Positions 27,291-35,381 of a DNA stretch of 38,842 nucleotides are shown here, piece after piece (the stretch's first letter is position 1; each line of letters starts with the position of its first letter). The notes under the pieces are model-generated. The model was given only the letters and a program-made list of their open reading frames with translations, searched no databases and was not told the origin of the DNA. A program made the position numbers and the translations under genes. This DNA is from an uncultured Gammaproteobacteria bacterium (GTDB lineage Bacteria; Patescibacteriota; Patescibacteriia; VMEV01; CAYQCH01). The DNA lies in assembly GCA_964503955.1 (NCBI GenBank), contig CAZDCG010000001.1, forward strand, positions 68,962 to 107,803. Direction: 5' to 3'.

Positions 27291-28044
27291 ACTCGATGGT
27301 TGCAATCACAACCACCTCTTCTGATCCGGCTTCAAACTCTGGAGCAGGTGCGGCGGAATCAAGAGCTTTCTCTGCTTGCGCGAAATCCAGGCGATACATC
27401 GGCTGCGGCACCCCGGCGCTTGATTCAGAGAAAGAGACGATTTTTCCAAGAGAAACTCCTGTCAGATCAGCTAATTCCTGCGCCTTCTCTCTCGCATTTG
27501 CCAAAGCTTCTTCTCTTGCCAGCTGTCGGTATGATTCCGGTTCGTCGATGGTAAAGGACAAGCCGCTGACTTCATTTACCCCATTCTGGCTTGCGATGCG
27601 GATCACTTCGCCCGCATTGTTGAGATCGCGGATCTTGACCTGAAGGCTTTGGCGGACTTCAAAACCGCGGAATTCACGCACCCCTTCGATCCAGTCGTAA
27701 ACCGGAGATACTGTATAGGCTGTTGATTTTAGATCTTTGCTGTCGATGCCGGACTGCTTGAGCTCGTTGACAAGTCCATTGTACTTTTCAATGTTTTGCG
27801 CCTGGGCCTCTTCCGCATCGCGTCCTTCCGTGACGATCGAAACGGTGATCTGCCCAAGATCAGGGATTGCGGTTACGCGCCCTTCGCCCGTGATGGTGAT
27901 GGTGTCACGCTCGGTATCGGGCCGGCCGATATAGCGGTTTTCTTTAACAGCATTCACCGACAAAATAGCGATATATACGGTTGACGCGAGCAGGAGAATT
28001 CCCGCAAGCACAGATAAGAGCTGCGCGAAAGGCAATTTTTTCAT
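27277..28044 (-). CDS. SIMPL (DUF541/BP26) domain protein
   Basis: TM anchor, ITITGEGRVTAIPD, ALANAREKAQELA..G..LG.I, GSEEVVV...IEY. Confidence 0.92.
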   Translation of the reverse strand: MKKLPFAQLLSVLAGILLLASTVYIAILSVNAVKENRYIGRPDTERDTITITGEGRVTAIPDLGQITVSIVTEGRDAEEAQAQNIEKYNGLVNELKQSGIDSKDLKSTAYTVSPVYDWIEGVREFRGFEVRQSLQVKIRDLNNAGEVIRIASQNGVNEVSGLSFTIDEPESYRQLAREEALANAREKAQELADLTGVSLGKIVSFSESSAGVPQPMYRLDFAQAEKALDSAAPAPEFEAGSEEVVVIATIEYEIY

Positions 28045-28121
28045 AGTTTTGTTTTAACGCTTCCTTCAAAGTATACCAGACAAACGAATTGTAAAAAAGA
28101 AGGAAAATGGTAGTATAGAGA

Positions 28122-28214
28122 AGACGCACAGACGTTACAGACGCTGAAGACACCTCAGACGGATGGCCGGATTGTCTGTGACGTCTCAAATAGTCTGTGA
28201 TGTCTGGAATGTCT
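28122..28214 (+). repeat. Five AGAC direct repeats then five inverted GTCT repeats (8-10-nt period) in the hisS leader
   Basis: AGAC at 28122, 28130, 28139, 28148, 28157; GTCT at 28174, 28183, 28193, 28202, 28211. Confidence 0.85.
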
Positions 28215-28219
28215 ATTAT

Positions 28220-29500
28220 ATGAGCCTCATCGAACCAGCCATTTTGAAAGGAACCCGTGATTTCGCCCCGGAAGAGATGCGCAAGCGTCTTTTTGTAATT
28301 GATACCATGCGCGAGATTTTTGAACGCCGCGGCTATGATCCGATTGAAACGCCGGCCATTGAATACGCCAAAACCATTCTAGGAAAGTACGGAGACGAGG
28401 GCGATCAGCTGACCTATACGTTCAAAGACCATGGAGGGCGTGCAATCGCGCTGAGATATGATCAGACTGTTCCTACCGCCCGATTCGTGGCCGCGCATCA
28501 AAACGAACTGCCTTTTCCGTTCAAACGCTACCAGATCGGACCGGTTTGGCGCGCGGATAAACCGCAAAAGGGCCGCTATCGTGAATTCGTTCAGTGCGAT
28601 ATCGATATTATCGGCGCGGAAAGCCTGCTCGCCGACGCGGAAGTCGCCCGCGTGATATTTGAAGTCTTCAGCCGGCTGAAGGTGAAGGATTTTGTCATCC
28701 GCATCAACTCCCGCAAAGCGATTAATGACTTGCTTGACGCCTGCAAAGTGAAAAAAAACTCCCGCATCGACGTAATCCGGCTGATCGACAAATTAGACAA
28801 GGTGCCTCTCAAGAAAATTCAGAGTGAGCTTGAAAAAACCAGCATGACAACGGATCAAGTTGTAAAGCTGACTGACATGGCGCTTTCTGAAAAAACCAGA
28901 AACCGCATTGACCAGCTCCCCGACGGAGAAGGAAAAAGCGAACTCAAACAACTTTTCGTTTATCTTGAAGCGCTTGGCATCCCCGAAGAGCATGTCATGG
29001 TCGATCTGACGCTTGCCCGAGGGCTTGATTACTACACAGGAGTCATTTACGAGGTGATCGTGCCAAATTCCGGCTTAGGTTCGCTCTGCGGAGGAGGACG
29101 ATACGATGATTTAACCGGACTCTTTTCCGAGAAAAAATTCCCTGGAATCGGCGTTGCCTTTGGATTGGATCGGATTGTTGAGCTGCTCAAAGACCGGGGA
29201 TTATTAGATGATGCCAAGCTTTCTTCTTCAGAAGCGCTTGTCGCACATTTCCCTGACACGGTAAAAGAAAGCGTTGCGGTTTTAAACGAATTGCAAAAAG
29301 CAGGTATCCGCTCAGAGCTCTATCTCGAACCAGTTCCTTTAAAAAAACAATTCAAGTTTGCTGATAAAAAGCAGATCAAATGGATGCTTCTGCTTGGAAG
29401 CAATGAAGCCAAGCAAAAGAAGGTGGTCCTTAGAAATATGGAAACCGGAAAGCAGGAATTGCTTACTTTGCAAAAAGCCATCAAGATCATGCAGAAATAA
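28220..29500 (+). CDS. hisS: Histidine--tRNA ligase
   Basis: KGTRDF, LRYDQTVPTAR, RADKPQKGRYREFVQCD, LARGLDYYTG, GGGRYD. Start moved to MSLIEP (28220). Confidence 0.97.
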   Translation: MSLIEPAILKGTRDFAPEEMRKRLFVIDTMREIFERRGYDPIETPAIEYAKTILGKYGDEGDQLTYTFKDHGGRAIALRYDQTVPTARFVAAHQNELPFPFKRYQIGPVWRADKPQKGRYREFVQCDIDIIGAESLLADAEVARVIFEVFSRLKVKDFVIRINSRKAINDLLDACKVKKNSRIDVIRLIDKLDKVPLKKIQSELEKTSMTTDQVVKLTDMALSEKTRNRIDQLPDGEGKSELKQLFVYLEALGIPEEHVMVDLTLARGLDYYTGVIYEVIVPNSGLGSLCGGGRYDDLTGLFSEKKFPGIGVAFGLDRIVELLKDRGLLDDAKLSSSEALVAHFPDTVKESVAVLNELQKAGIRSELYLEPVPLKKQFKFADKKQIKWMLLLGSNEAKQKKVVLRNMETGKQELLTLQKAIKIMQK

Positions 29501-29511
29501 ACGATCCATCC

Positions 29512-29543
29512 AAAAAGCCCACAGGAACCCTGCGGGCTTTTTT
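29512..29543. terminator. Bidirectional terminator between hisS and gap
   Basis: AAAAAGCCC-A-CAGG-AAC-CCTG-C-GGGCTTTTTT. Confidence 0.85.
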
Positions 29544-29564
29544 GTTGTTTGCGGGACAAAAGTT

Positions 29565-30578
29565 CTAGCTCTTCTTCAGCTTCTTCCCTACTTCAACAGC
29601 CATTTCCACCAGGCGGTTTGAGTAACCCCATTCATTGTCATACCAGCCGATCACTTTGACGAGGTTGCCTCCGACCACCTTGGTAAGGCTTAGATCAACA
29701 ATGGTTGAATGCGGATTGCCAATGATATCGCTTGAAACAATCGGTTCTTCCGTTACTTCAAGGATGCCTTTGTACAAAGGATGGTTTGCCGCTTTGCGAA
29801 ACGCATTGTTAATTTCTTCTTCGGTGGCATCGCGCTTGAGCAAAAAGGTGAAATCAGACAACGAGCCGACGGCAACCGGGACGCGGATGGCAAGCCCGTC
29901 AAAAATTCCTTTGAGCTCAGGGATGGTATGCGTGGTCGCGATCGCGGCCCCCGTGCTTGTGGGAACGATATTCTGGGCGGCAGAGCGCCCTCGGCGCAGA
30001 TCGCTGTGCGGACCGTCAACCAGCGCCTGGTCGGCCGTATAGGCGTGGATGGTTGTCATCATCGCCTTTTGTACGCCAAAGGTTGCGTGCATGACAGCGG
30101 CGATGGGCGCGATGCAATTGGTGGTGCAAGAAGCATTGTCGATAATCAGTTCATTGGCACTATGCTTATTGTCATTGACCCCAAGCACGTATGTATTGAC
30201 CCCCTCGCCCTTGCTGGGAGCCGAAATAATCACGCGTTTTGCTCCCGCTTTAACGTGAAGCCCTGCTTTTTCTTTGTCTCGAAATACCCCGGTGCTTTCA
30301 ATCACTACGTCGATGTCGAGATCACCCCATGGCAATGCGGCCGGGTCTTTTTGCGAAAATGCTTTGATCGTTTTTCCATTGATCGCAATGCTTCCTTCGC
30401 CCGCTTCCACTCGATGTTTGTATCGTCCGTAAACCGAGTCATATTGAAGCAAATACGCGAGTGTTTTTGTGTCCGCCAGATCATTCACCGCGACGAATTC
30501 CACGTCGTCGCGATCAAAGCCAGCTTTTAGCGCATTACGCCCGATGCGACCAAACCCGTTGATGGCAATTCGTATCAT
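29565..30578 (-). CDS. gap: Glyceraldehyde-3-phosphate dehydrogenase, type I
   Basis: INGFGRIGR, NASCTTNC, WYDNEWGYS. Confidence 0.98.
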   Translation of the reverse strand: MIRIAINGFGRIGRNALKAGFDRDDVEFVAVNDLADTKTLAYLLQYDSVYGRYKHRVEAGEGSIAINGKTIKAFSQKDPAALPWGDLDIDVVIESTGVFRDKEKAGLHVKAGAKRVIISAPSKGEGVNTYVLGVNDNKHSANELIIDNASCTTNCIAPIAAVMHATFGVQKAMMTTIHAYTADQALVDGPHSDLRRGRSAAQNIVPTSTGAAIATTHTIPELKGIFDGLAIRVPVAVGSLSDFTFLLKRDATEEEINNAFRKAANHPLYKGILEVTEEPIVSSDIIGNPHSTIVDLSLTKVVGGNLVKVIGWYDNEWGYSNRLVEMAVEVGKKLKKS

Positions 30579-30667
30579 AGTGAGTTGATAGTGTTTAGGT
30601 TTTCGTTTTTAGGATGCTCCCCCCACTCGCTTTTCAGCTTTGTAGATTTCCCCTGTAAAATCGTATA

Positions 30668-30692
30668 ACAAAAGGAGCCGAAATGGCTCCTT
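30668..30692 (-). terminator. Terminator after the 30717-32132 gene
   Basis: AAGGAGCC-ATTTC-GGCTCCTT-TTGTT on the minus strand. Confidence 0.7.
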
Positions 30693-30716
30693 AAGTATAT
30701 CACAATGCGTTTGTTC

Positions 30717-32132
30717 TTACTGCAGATTGCCGACGCGCACAATGCCTTCCGGGCGTGCTTCATACACACCAGGTGTCAGCACGTCTTTGTAATCACGGAA
30801 GGATCCGTACAGGGTGAAGGTAATCGCGTAGCTTTCGCCGCCAATGCGGTTATCGTACATCAGCTTGGTCGTTGGTCCAGGGTTTGGAATATTGTCCAGG
30901 TATACCGTGCCGTACTTCTCGCCAAACGCCCCATATTGGGATAGCTGGCGGTAAGAACCTTCGCCAAGGGAAATTGCATGGTTTTGCGGAATCGGATACC
31001 CATGGACTTCCGCCACATATTTGGACAAAGCGTCTTGAATTGAACGAACAATACCGACAATGCGGGCGGCCTCGACGTTCACGTCCAAGGTTGACGGATC
31101 CCATGTTTGGTTGCCTGAATCGACAACAGTACCGCGATTGGCAAATTCCTGGTTATTCATCAGGCCTTCCATCGCGCTCCAATGATAGGTTCCCTTTTCC
31201 AAAAGGCCATGCTCAGCCGTTTGGATATCGGACGGCAAATCAAAATGCATCAGCAAATTGCCATTTGATTCGATCTCTGCCTGGAAGTGGTCAAAGTAGA
31301 ACTTGAAGAATTCCATGGAAAGATCTGACCACACCCAATAGTGGTCCGGGCGATTGGAGAGCGTGAATCCGCTTGCGTCCATGTAAATCGGCTGATTCCA
31401 ACCAAACACATTGGCAAACCATTTGATTTCAGGAAAGTAGCCGTGATCGCGGTGAAACTGCTTATACGCAGAGCTAAGACTTGAAACAAATTCCCAGGCA
31501 AGCTGCGCATTCGCGAACTCAACGGAACCGAGGTTCGCCTTCACTTCGTCGATATTAATGCGAACCGGCTGCGGCACAGACGGTGCGGACGGGGTTTCGA
31601 CAACGACGGGAGCTGAAGCTGGAGGAGTATTCACGACCGGTGTTGCCGGCACAAGCTGAAGATGAGAAAGCGCGATTGCATTGATATCAGCAAGCGTTGC
31701 TCCAAGCGCAATCTTCTTTACATGCTCGTAGGTTGATTCTCCCGTACCAAGATAGTAGCGGAAACCGTCATGCGGGTTCACAAACCAGACTTCACCCTTT
31801 TGCTCTACGGCGAGAAGGAATTGTCCTTTCAGCCTGTCGCGCAAAACGGCATTCTCCCTTCCAAGCGCCTGTCCCGGCTGGGGAAGCTTGTTAAGATTTT
31901 CATTGCTGATGCCGATCATATTGTCTTTGATCAGCTTCCAGGCAGCCTGCGCGTGAGCGACATGAACGCGCTCGCCGGTTTCAGGCAGGACATACCAGAT
32001 CTTGCCCCGGTCCTGGACCGAAAGCAGGAAATACCCCTTCAGGCGTTCAGCCTGCGAGGTCTGTGCGAATGCGGGCAGTGCTGAGGTAAGACCCGCAGCC
32101 ATTGCAAGCATTGCCAATAGTGCTTTTCGCAT
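30717..32132 (-). CDS. Secreted protein: signal peptide, 2 CPR-type repeats, Pro-rich linker, two pilin-head-like domains
   Basis: Signal peptide ending AFA; LKGYFLLSVQDRGKIWYV and LKGQFLLAVEQKGEVWFV repeats; SAYKQFHRDHGYFP and IQDALSKYVAEVHGYP...SYAITFTL...RPEGI. Confidence 0.75.
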   Translation of the reverse strand: MRKALLAMLAMAAGLTSALPAFAQTSQAERLKGYFLLSVQDRGKIWYVLPETGERVHVAHAQAAWKLIKDNMIGISNENLNKLPQPGQALGRENAVLRDRLKGQFLLAVEQKGEVWFVNPHDGFRYYLGTGESTYEHVKKIALGATLADINAIALSHLQLVPATPVVNTPPASAPVVVETPSAPSVPQPVRINIDEVKANLGSVEFANAQLAWEFVSSLSSAYKQFHRDHGYFPEIKWFANVFGWNQPIYMDASGFTLSNRPDHYWVWSDLSMEFFKFYFDHFQAEIESNGNLLMHFDLPSDIQTAEHGLLEKGTYHWSAMEGLMNNQEFANRGTVVDSGNQTWDPSTLDVNVEAARIVGIVRSIQDALSKYVAEVHGYPIPQNHAISLGEGSYRQLSQYGAFGEKYGTVYLDNIPNPGPTTKLMYDNRIGGESYAITFTLYGSFRDYKDVLTPGVYEARPEGIVRVGNLQ

Positions 32133-32162
32133 AGTGAATTTGTTAATCGGCTTAATCGGTGG

Positions 32163-32191
32163 ACTTTAGCACAAAATCTGGAATTAGTCAA
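32163..32191 (-). promoter_or_regulatory. Sigma70 promoter for the 30717-32132 gene
   Basis: TTGACT-17-TAAAGT with extended TG. Confidence 0.7.
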
Positions 32192-32193
32192 GA

Positions 32194-32220
32194 GCAAAAA
32201 CAAAAGCCCCGATGCGGGGC
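32194..32220 (-). terminator. Terminator of the rpsB-tsf operon
   Basis: GCCCCG-CAT-CGGGGC-TTTTGTTTTT. Confidence 0.75.
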
Positions 32221-32244
32221 CCTCGTTTTGTCATCAGTGGCTGA

Positions 32245-32832
32245 TTACAGTGAAAAACGGCTAAAATTAGTCAAAGTAATATTCTCCCCAAGGACGGAAA
32301 TCGCCGATTGAATCAATGACTCGATGGTTTTCTCATCATCTTTGATAAATCGCTGTTTGAGCAGAACCTTTTCTTCATAGAAACGGCCCATCTTCCCTTC
32401 AACGATTTTATCAAGCATTTCTTCAGGTTTTCCTTCTTTTCGAAGCTGTTCTTTATAGATTTCCTTTTCCTTTTCAAGAATGTCTGCTGGAACATCTTCG
32501 ACGTTCAGGTATTCAGGATCAGACGCCGCCACATGCATGGCAATGTCTTTAGCCAGGTTCTGGAAGAGCTCGTTGCGAGCCACAAAGTCAGTTTCGCACT
32601 TGAGAACAATCATGGAGCCGACTTTTCCGCCCGCGTGAATATAGGCTTCAACCAATCCTTCATGGGTTTCACGGTCCGCCTTTTTCGCGGCTTTCGCGGC
32701 TCCGGCTTTGCGCAGGATTTCAATGGCTTTTTCGATATCTCCCTGCGCCTCTTCGAGAGCGCCCTTGGCAGCCATTAAGCCTGCACCCGTGCGTGCGCGA
32801 AGCTCGGTGACTTTCTTCATCGCTTCGTTCAT
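32245..32832 (-). CDS. tsf: Elongation factor Ts (short form)
   Basis: LRARTGAGLMAAK, HEGLVEAYIH, LKCETDFVAR, DIAMHVAA. Confidence 0.97.
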   Translation of the reverse strand: MNEAMKKVTELRARTGAGLMAAKGALEEAQGDIEKAIEILRKAGAAKAAKKADRETHEGLVEAYIHAGGKVGSMIVLKCETDFVARNELFQNLAKDIAMHVAASDPEYLNVEDVPADILEKEKEIYKEQLRKEGKPEEMLDKIVEGKMGRFYEEKVLLKQRFIKDDEKTIESLIQSAISVLGENITLTNFSRFSL

Positions 32833-32853
32833 ATGGATTTTTGCTTAAGAACA

Positions 32854-33672
32854 TTATGCCTTAACGGTTTCTTTCTTCTTGGCAGGAGTCTTCTTTGCCG
32901 CAGGTTTCTTTTCAGCGGTTTTCTTGGCCGCAGCTTTCTTCTTTGGCTTCTCTTCGGCGGGTTTTACAACCTTTGCCGCCACGACTTTGCGGTTGTTCAA
33001 ACCTTCTTTTACCGCTTCGGTCAATACGCCCATCAAAAGGTCAATCCCCTTGGTGGCATCGTCATTTGCGGGGATCATATGCTTCACCCCGCGTGGGTTC
33101 ACGTTTGTGTCACAGAAAGCAAATACAGGCACATGCACGACATTTGCCTCCTGCAAAGCGGTTTTTTCGGTGCGGATATCCACAATAACAATCGCCTGAG
33201 GCAATTTTTCAAGCGTGACAAGACCTGAAACGAAAGTAGCAAGTTTTTCAACTTCTTTCTGCAGAAGCACCTGCTCTTTTTTGGTGTATTTTGCCCACTG
33301 GCCGGCTTCCCGCTGTTTGAGCAAATCAATATATCGGCGGATCGTCTTTTTTACTTCGCCAAAGTTCGTAAGCAAACCGCCGATCCAGCGGCCGCGCACA
33401 TACGGCATGCCGACTTCGGTCGCGTACTTCTCAACAATCGGCTGCGCCTGTGACTTTGTTCCGACGAACAGAACGGTTCCTCCGTCGGCAACGATTTTCT
33501 GCAAATGCTGCGCTGCTTCTTCAAGCTTTTGCGCGGTCTTTTTTACGTCGATGATGTGACGGCCATTTTTTGCTGTGTAGATGTATGGCGCCATCTTAGG
33601 ATGCCAGCGAGACGACTGGTGGCCAAAATGCACACCCGCTCGGAGCAACTCCTCCATGCTAGGGATCTTCAT
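32854..33672 (-). CDS. rpsB: 30S ribosomal protein S2
   Basis: AGVHFGHQSSRWHPKM, RWIGGLLTNF, DTNVNP, IPANDDA; Lys/Ala-rich tail. Confidence 0.98.
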   Translation of the reverse strand: MKIPSMEELLRAGVHFGHQSSRWHPKMAPYIYTAKNGRHIIDVKKTAQKLEEAAQHLQKIVADGGTVLFVGTKSQAQPIVEKYATEVGMPYVRGRWIGGLLTNFGEVKKTIRRYIDLLKQREAGQWAKYTKKEQVLLQKEVEKLATFVSGLVTLEKLPQAIVIVDIRTEKTALQEANVVHVPVFAFCDTNVNPRGVKHMIPANDDATKGIDLLMGVLTEAVKEGLNNRKVVAAKVVKPAEEKPKKKAAAKKTAEKKPAAKKTPAKKKETVKA

Positions 33673-33686
33673 ACCCTTTTTTCACC

Positions 33687-33847
33687 TACGGCTCGCGCTG
33701 TGGGACCTTAAGGCGTTTCTAAAATGGCTTTAAGGCAGGACCGGCAGCGAATCAAGAACCGTATGTTTTTTAATGAGTTAACAAAAGCCAGTGCCAGTTA
33801 CGGCATTGGCGTGCAAGAACTATACGGGAAAACGCCTTTTTCCGCAA
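33687..33847 (-). promoter_or_regulatory. rpsB promoter and structured 5' leader (candidate S2 autoregulatory element)
   Basis: TTGCGG-17-TATAGT (33847-33819); long irregular leader hairpin 33763-33687 (TACGGTTC/GAGCCGTA, CGCTG/CAGCG, CCTTAA/TTAAGG). Confidence 0.55.
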
Positions 33848-33855
33848 GGAGTATA

Positions 33856-33884
33856 TTGACAAAATAGGTAAAAAATGCTAGAAA
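33856..33884 (+). promoter_or_regulatory. Promoter for the GC-rich insert, back-to-back with the rpsB promoter
   Basis: TTGACA-17-TAGAAA with extended TG; last -10 position is non-consensus. Confidence 0.6.
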
Positions 33885-33889
33885 TAGAC

Positions 33890-34089
33890 GATGCCGTCTT
33901 ATCAGTTCCCATAAACGGGGGCGGGACGTCATCTGTTCGAACCGAAAGGGGCATGCGGTGTTCTTCCTGAAAGGACGAATACCCAACTGATGTTGGGCTT
34001 TCGTCACCGCACAACTGAATCTCTCATGACTTCCGGTCACTGAGAGTCCTCCAAGGAGTGCGGTGACACCGCATTCCAAGGAGATTCTC
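33890..34089 (+). ncRNA. Candidate structured cis-regulatory 5' leader RNA (family not recognised)
   Basis: Multiple helices: TGCGGTG/CACCGCA, GACGAA..CCCAAC-TGAT-GTTGGG..TTCGTC, CTCTCA-TGAC/GTCA-TGAGAG, GGAGTGCGGT/ACCGCATTCC; ends at SD AAGGAG. Confidence 0.55.
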
Positions 34090-35241
34090 ATGGCCGACTT
34101 CATCACCCGTCGCATCAGCGCCCTGGTCAACCGCGTCAACAGCGCCATCCAGGGCCGCGGCCAGAACGAGAGGAAGGTGTCCGATGACCTGATCAACGCG
34201 GCCGCCCGCCTCGTGGAGCGGGCCAAGGCCGCCTTCACCCCGCTCGAGTCCAACGGCTGGGACATCGAGCAGAGCATCTACCAGCAGCCGATCGAGGTCT
34301 CGCACGAGGACCTCAACCAGTCCGAGCCCGCTCCCGTTCAGGAGCTGGTGATCGAGGCCACGGTCCCCGTTCTGGAGACCGCGCTCGAGCCGCCGGCTGA
34401 CGAGATCGAGGAGGAGGAGCCGATCGCTGAGACCGAGGACTCCGAGCACGACGAGGGGGTCTGCGAGATCACGACCGTGGTCATGCAGGCCCACTGCGTC
34501 CAGCGCAGCACGTTCCGCTGCGGGATGTGCGGCAGCACGCACTTCGGTGCCGACATGGTCGGCGCCAGGGTGAACGCGTTCGCCGCGATACCCAACGACG
34601 AGATGATCATCGCCAAGAGCGTGTGCAAGCACTGCTGCGACAGCGATGACTGGGGATGGCTCGCCGGCGTGATCAAGTACGCCGGCCACGCGCGCGCGAA
34701 CAAGCTCGAGCGCTGCGTGAAGCTCATGGAGTCCGCGCTCTTCGGAGACCCCGAGAAGAGCGACGCCTGCCGCATGCGGTACCTGGCCAACAACGACCAG
34801 CCCGCGCGCGCCCACAAGGCTCTCGAGATCCTCGAGCGCCTCACCGAGAACTGCAGCTCGCAGCCGACCGTCGAGAAGGACGAGCGGATCCGGCAGCTGC
34901 GGAACAAGGCGGAGCTCTGGGCCACCGAGCAGGAGGCCCAGCGGCTGGCGGGCAAGATCCGGCACCGGATCGAAGCGGGGAACTTCAAGCGCGCGTACAA
35001 CACGCTCAACGAGGCGCGCAAGCAGTTCCCCAAGCAGACCAAGTCCTGGGACAAGCTGGAGTCCGAACTCAAGGACGCCCAGTCCAGGACCGAGCAGGAG
35101 GAGATCATCGCCGACCTCCGCTCGAGGATCGCCAAGGCGGCCAGCAATGACGACACCGAGACGCTCGTCGCGCTGATCGCTCACGGAAGCAAGATCGCTC
35201 CCCATCTCGACTGGGAGCAGATCGCGCTCCAGGCCATGTAG
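34090..35241 (+). CDS. Orphan GC-rich protein: acidic linker, CxxC..CxxC Zn-binding region, helical/TPR-like C-terminus
   Basis: AAGGAG SD 6 nt before ATG 34090; 19 of the first 20 codons after ATG end in G/C; RCGMCGSTHF..VCKHCC. Confidence 0.85.
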   Translation: MADFITRRISALVNRVNSAIQGRGQNERKVSDDLINAAARLVERAKAAFTPLESNGWDIEQSIYQQPIEVSHEDLNQSEPAPVQELVIEATVPVLETALEPPADEIEEEEPIAETEDSEHDEGVCEITTVVMQAHCVQRSTFRCGMCGSTHFGADMVGARVNAFAAIPNDEMIIAKSVCKHCCDSDDWGWLAGVIKYAGHARANKLERCVKLMESALFGDPEKSDACRMRYLANNDQPARAHKALEILERLTENCSSQPTVEKDERIRQLRNKAELWATEQEAQRLAGKIRHRIEAGNFKRAYNTLNEARKQFPKQTKSWDKLESELKDAQSRTEQEEIIADLRSRIAKAASNDDTETLVALIAHGSKIAPHLDWEQIALQAM

Positions 35242-35344
35242 GGTTCAGCTCGCGAGGGCTGTTCCCGCTCCTGGAGATCGTCACCACCGACGGTCTCCAG
35301 GACGAAAATATTTTCATAACTATTTGTGAACATATTTTCGTTCC
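35241..35344 (+). other. Three consecutive hairpins after the orphan gene
   Basis: GGG..CAGCTC-GCGA-GGGCTG..CCC; CTGGAGATCGTC-6-GACGGTCTCCAG (35271-35300); ACGAAAATAT/ATATTTTCGT (35302-35311/35332-35341) with inner TTCATAA/TTGTGAA. Confidence 0.7.
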
Positions 35345-35381
35345 ACGCTCTTTTGTTCACCACCATGAATCGGAGAATCAC

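Noticed and set aside
28122-28214. AGAC repeats as a CRISPR array or a His leader peptide
   Set aside because: Repeats are 4-5 nt with ~5-nt gaps, there are no cas genes, no start codon in the xxD frame and no His codon run.
28163-28219. 20-aa N-terminal extension of HisS in the ORF track
   Set aside because: Homology begins at MSLIEP (28220); the extension lies within the repeat hairpin.
32245-32832. Short EF-Ts as a truncation or pseudogene
   Set aside because: A ~195-aa EF-Ts form is known (e.g. Thermus, cyanobacteria); motifs and stop context are intact.
33930-33950. GTTCGAAC T-loop-like motif suggesting a tRNA
   Set aside because: No acceptor, D or anticodon arms and no 5-bp T stem on either strand.
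33941-34030. CCGAAAGGGGCA...GAATCTCTCA resemblance to a glycine riboswitch; CTTATC to SAM-I; CTGATG/GACGAA to hammerhead
   Set aside because: Required partners are missing (no upstream GGAGAG, no CTCTCAGG, no CTTATCAAGAG, no CTGATGA/GAAA core). Kept only as an unclassified structured leader.
34024-35205. 393-aa antisense ORF, plus 34338-35156 (-) and 34656-35150 (+), overlapping the GC-rich gene
   Set aside because: Expected stop-poor shadows of a gene with extreme GC3; no SD and no motifs, while the + frame has an SD, promoter and codon bias.
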